Assembly: GCA_963802945.1 (NCBI GenBank)
Contig: CAWDKY010000025.1
Location: 96,001 to 160,000, forward strand
Source of the DNA: an uncultured delta proteobacterium
Lineage (GTDB): Bacteria > Desulfobacterota > RBG-13-43-22
Direction of reading: 5' to 3'
Length of the DNA stretch: 64,000 nucleotides
Shown: one piece after another, positions 61,899-64,000 of the stretch
How the letters are laid out: each line of letters opens with the position of its first letter
Position numbering within the stretch: position 1 is the stretch's first letter
Translations under genes and position numbers: made by a program
Notes under the pieces: model-generated
What the model was told of the DNA's origin: nothing
The model's input: only the letters and a program-made list of their open reading frames with translations
Databases searched by the model: none

Positions 61899-63059
61899 TT
61901 ATGCTCCCGGCAATGGGGCCACCGGTTCGGTCAGCAGAAATTTACCTTTAAGCAGCCAGCGCTTCAAGGTTTCGGCCACTTCTCTGGCCTTATGGTAACT
62001 GGAAAGCCCGCCGGTAGGAATATCTTTCCCCTTAAAAGTAATTTTGCCCGACTTTAATTCAGCATAATTGACTTCACCCAGGATTTTTCCTGTTCCTTGG
62101 GGATAGTCATAACTGTAATCAACCACTGGAGCCCAGATATCTTTATCTTCAACCGAGGTGAAGATCACCATCTCTTCATCCAGGATCGGGATGGGGACCC
62201 CGATACTGACAGCCAGGGTGGGACCATATCCGGTTATCGAAACCCCTCGCAGCCATTGGGCACTCATCTGTTTCAGGTCCCCAATGACAGCCAAGGTCCC
62301 GGCCCCTGATTTAGGCACTTTATTTTTTCCTCTGGGGGCTGTTGGGTTATGCTGGGTCCCCGGCCAGCAGACATAGCCTATCCCCCCTCCCAGAAAGATC
62401 CTTGTGCCCAGCCCGATGGTCCGATACATGGGATCGTTCATTAACGGGGAAAGCTGACCGGCACTGCAATAGTTGGCGTTGCCCATTCTGGGGCGCAGGA
62501 CGCCCATATAGGTATAAATAACTCTGTCAGAAATATTCACTCCCACATTATAATTTTGATATCCGTTACGGGGATTAAAGAGCACGGCGTCATTGAAGTC
62601 CTTGAGGGATAATTTTATTTCTCTTTTTTTGTTCGGATAACAATCGGTCCCGTAAGCAGTCGCCGTCAAGGTCACCATTTTCCCGGCGACCAGTTCTTCA
62701 ATGACATGAGCCCCGCCGTATAAAAACTGGCCGGGATAAACGGCATTTCTAGGATCGTCATCAGGCATGGCCGTAGCCCCGAGAAGGATATCGGCGGCTG
62801 CAAAGCCGGTATAAGCAGGAACATTGTTCAAATAGGCCTTACCACCCCCCATTTTCATCTTAGGAGTGGGTTGTTTAATATTGAAATAGGCTCCCGAAGA
62901 ACACATGGGGCTGAAGGTACCGGTGGTGACCACATCGACTTCCTGGGCCACCTTTTTTATTCCTTTTTTTTTGGTTAGCTCGATGATTTCTTCAGCGGTC
63001 ACCACAACCGCTTTCCCTTTTTTTATTTTTTCGTTGATTTCGGCAATAGTTTTACTCAT
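61899..63059 (-). CDS. DUF39 homocysteine biosynthesis protein (aspartate-semialdehyde sulfurtransferase, MA1821-like)
   Basis: KTIAEINEKI, VDVVTTGTFSPMCSSG, GTDCYP, NPRNGYQNY, IYTYMG; paired with the NIL-ferredoxin. Confidence 0.9.
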   Translation of the reverse strand: MSKTIAEINEKIKKGKAVVVTAEEIIELTKKKGIKKVAQEVDVVTTGTFSPMCSSGAYFNIKQPTPKMKMGGGKAYLNNVPAYTGFAAADILLGATAMPDDDPRNAVYPGQFLYGGAHVIEELVAGKMVTLTATAYGTDCYPNKKREIKLSLKDFNDAVLFNPRNGYQNYNVGVNISDRVIYTYMGVLRPRMGNANYCSAGQLSPLMNDPMYRTIGLGTRIFLGGGIGYVCWPGTQHNPTAPRGKNKVPKSGAGTLAVIGDLKQMSAQWLRGVSITGYGPTLAVSIGVPIPILDEEMVIFTSVEDKDIWAPVVDYSYDYPQGTGKILGEVNYAELKSGKITFKGKDIPTGGLSSYHKAREVAETLKRWLLKGKFLLTEPVAPLPGA

Positions 63060-63159
63060 GGTCAAACCCCTCGGCACTAAATTAACCTCATTATTCTTAT
63101 CCCGTTATGTAGTATAATATATTCCGCTTTTATGGAAAGATGTCAAGAGAAGAAATTGT

Positions 63160-63723
63160 TTATTTGGGGGGTGGCGAAAGATAGGTCTTGATGAGTCTTT
63201 GCGTATCCTCCGGGTTGAGCTCTACTACCCGCCAGATGCCTTCCTGCTTCCGCAGCCCCATCCGCAACTGATCCTTGTCCTTTTTTAAGGTCACCAGGGC
63301 ATAATTTTGTTTTACCTTAAAATCGGCCAGGGCCAAGAGAGCAAACACAGAGGGCAAGGTAGAATTTTTCGGATCTTCCAAGTATTTTTGTAATTGTTGA
63401 ACAGCCAGCTTGCTCAAGCCTTTATTGGTTTCCGGTGTTAAATGGATTTTTATTTCCCCCAGGGAGCTGGCGATTTGGCCTATAGAGCTGGAAGCAGTCA
63501 GCGAAGAAAGCAAGGTAGAGATAGACCCTGAAACCTGTTGATTCAGGATGGATTCGACGTCGATATACGTCAGGAAGGTGTTCAGATCCCTATTTTTTAA
63601 GCCGGCCCCGATTTGATACAGGGCGTAATATGGGGTCCCTTGGACCCATCGCCATAAAAGTCCGGCCCCAAAGGCCAGACAGATAATCAATATGGCAACG
63701 ACTATGGTTCGATTCGTTTTCAT
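63160..63723 (-). CDS. DUF2939-like membrane-anchored protein
   Basis: TM helix then TPYYALYQI...D...F.TYID; C-terminal WRVVEL. Confidence 0.65.
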   Translation of the reverse strand: MKTNRTIVVAILIICLAFGAGLLWRWVQGTPYYALYQIGAGLKNRDLNTFLTYIDVESILNQQVSGSISTLLSSLTASSSIGQIASSLGEIKIHLTPETNKGLSKLAVQQLQKYLEDPKNSTLPSVFALLALADFKVKQNYALVTLKKDKDQLRMGLRKQEGIWRVVELNPEDTQRLIKTYLSPPPK

Positions 63724-63730
63724 CGACCGG

Positions 63731-64000
63731 TCACTCCGTTTCCAACCCATGCTTCAACATCCTATACCGCAAGGAACGAAGATTGATTTTTAGAAGCGCC
63801 GCCGCCCGTTGTTTATTTCCCTGGGTTTTTTGCAGGGCCTGAAGGACCAGATTTTTTTCCAGGGAGTCCAAGGTTTGATCCAGATCTAATCCTTCTGAAG
63901 GGAGATTCATAGCGGGAATGGTTTTTGTTGAGGAGGTCAGCCCTTTATACTGAGCCAGGACCAGGCTTTCAGGAAGGATAATGGTCGATCGTTCCATGGC
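63731..64000 (-). CDS. Sigma-54-dependent regulator (NtrC/PilR-like), C-terminal Fis-HTH (partial)
   Basis: LEKNLVLQALQKTQGNKQRAAALLKINLRSLRYRMLK. Confidence 0.85.
   Translation of the reverse strand, partial: AMERSTIILPESLVLAQYKGLTSSTKTIPAMNLPSEGLDLDQTLDSLEKNLVLQALQKTQGNKQRAAALLKINLRSLRYRMLKHGLETE

Overview
Chromosomal segment of an anaerobic Gram-negative bacterium; gene content suggests Desulfobacterota (deltaproteobacteria), by inference only. Left to right: (1) ~0-16.8 kb, 20.3-22 kb and 27-32 kb hold a large acyl-CoA catabolic region: 3 acyl-CoA dehydrogenases, 2 thiolase-family proteins, 2 crotonases, an SDR, hbd, an acyl-CoA ligase, 3 class III CoA-transferases (one a two-domain fusion), a solo family-5 binding protein and an MFS transporter. 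(2) HDAC-family deacylase-gatC-gatA. (3) vapBC, an orphan hicB and an AT-rich island of unknown genes (23.9-26.6 kb) that includes two small ORFs missing from the ORF track. (4) A 5-kb defence block (32.5-37.5 kb): HEPN/AbiU2-like protein, Type IIG restriction-modification enzyme, DUF2971-like protein. The HEPN gene is a textbook integron gene cassette with a canonical 57-bp attC, downstream of an attI/Pc-like region, but the window has no integrase, and the block is bracketed by imperfect direct repeats. This is the strongest candidate for an undescribed system. (5) An envelope-stress/efflux island: mdtABC, three Spy/CpxP/ZraP-like genes, and a MacAB-OMF-type operon between ~750-bp diverged direct repeats. 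(6) Housekeeping genes: glycerate kinase, DUF2804, murI, the DUF39/NIL-ferredoxin homocysteine pathway and a sigma-54 regulator C-terminus. About a dozen single-base frameshifts, including in murI, are most likely sequencing errors. No rRNA, tRNA, CRISPR array or intact transposase was seen. All family calls come from motif recognition, not database searches.
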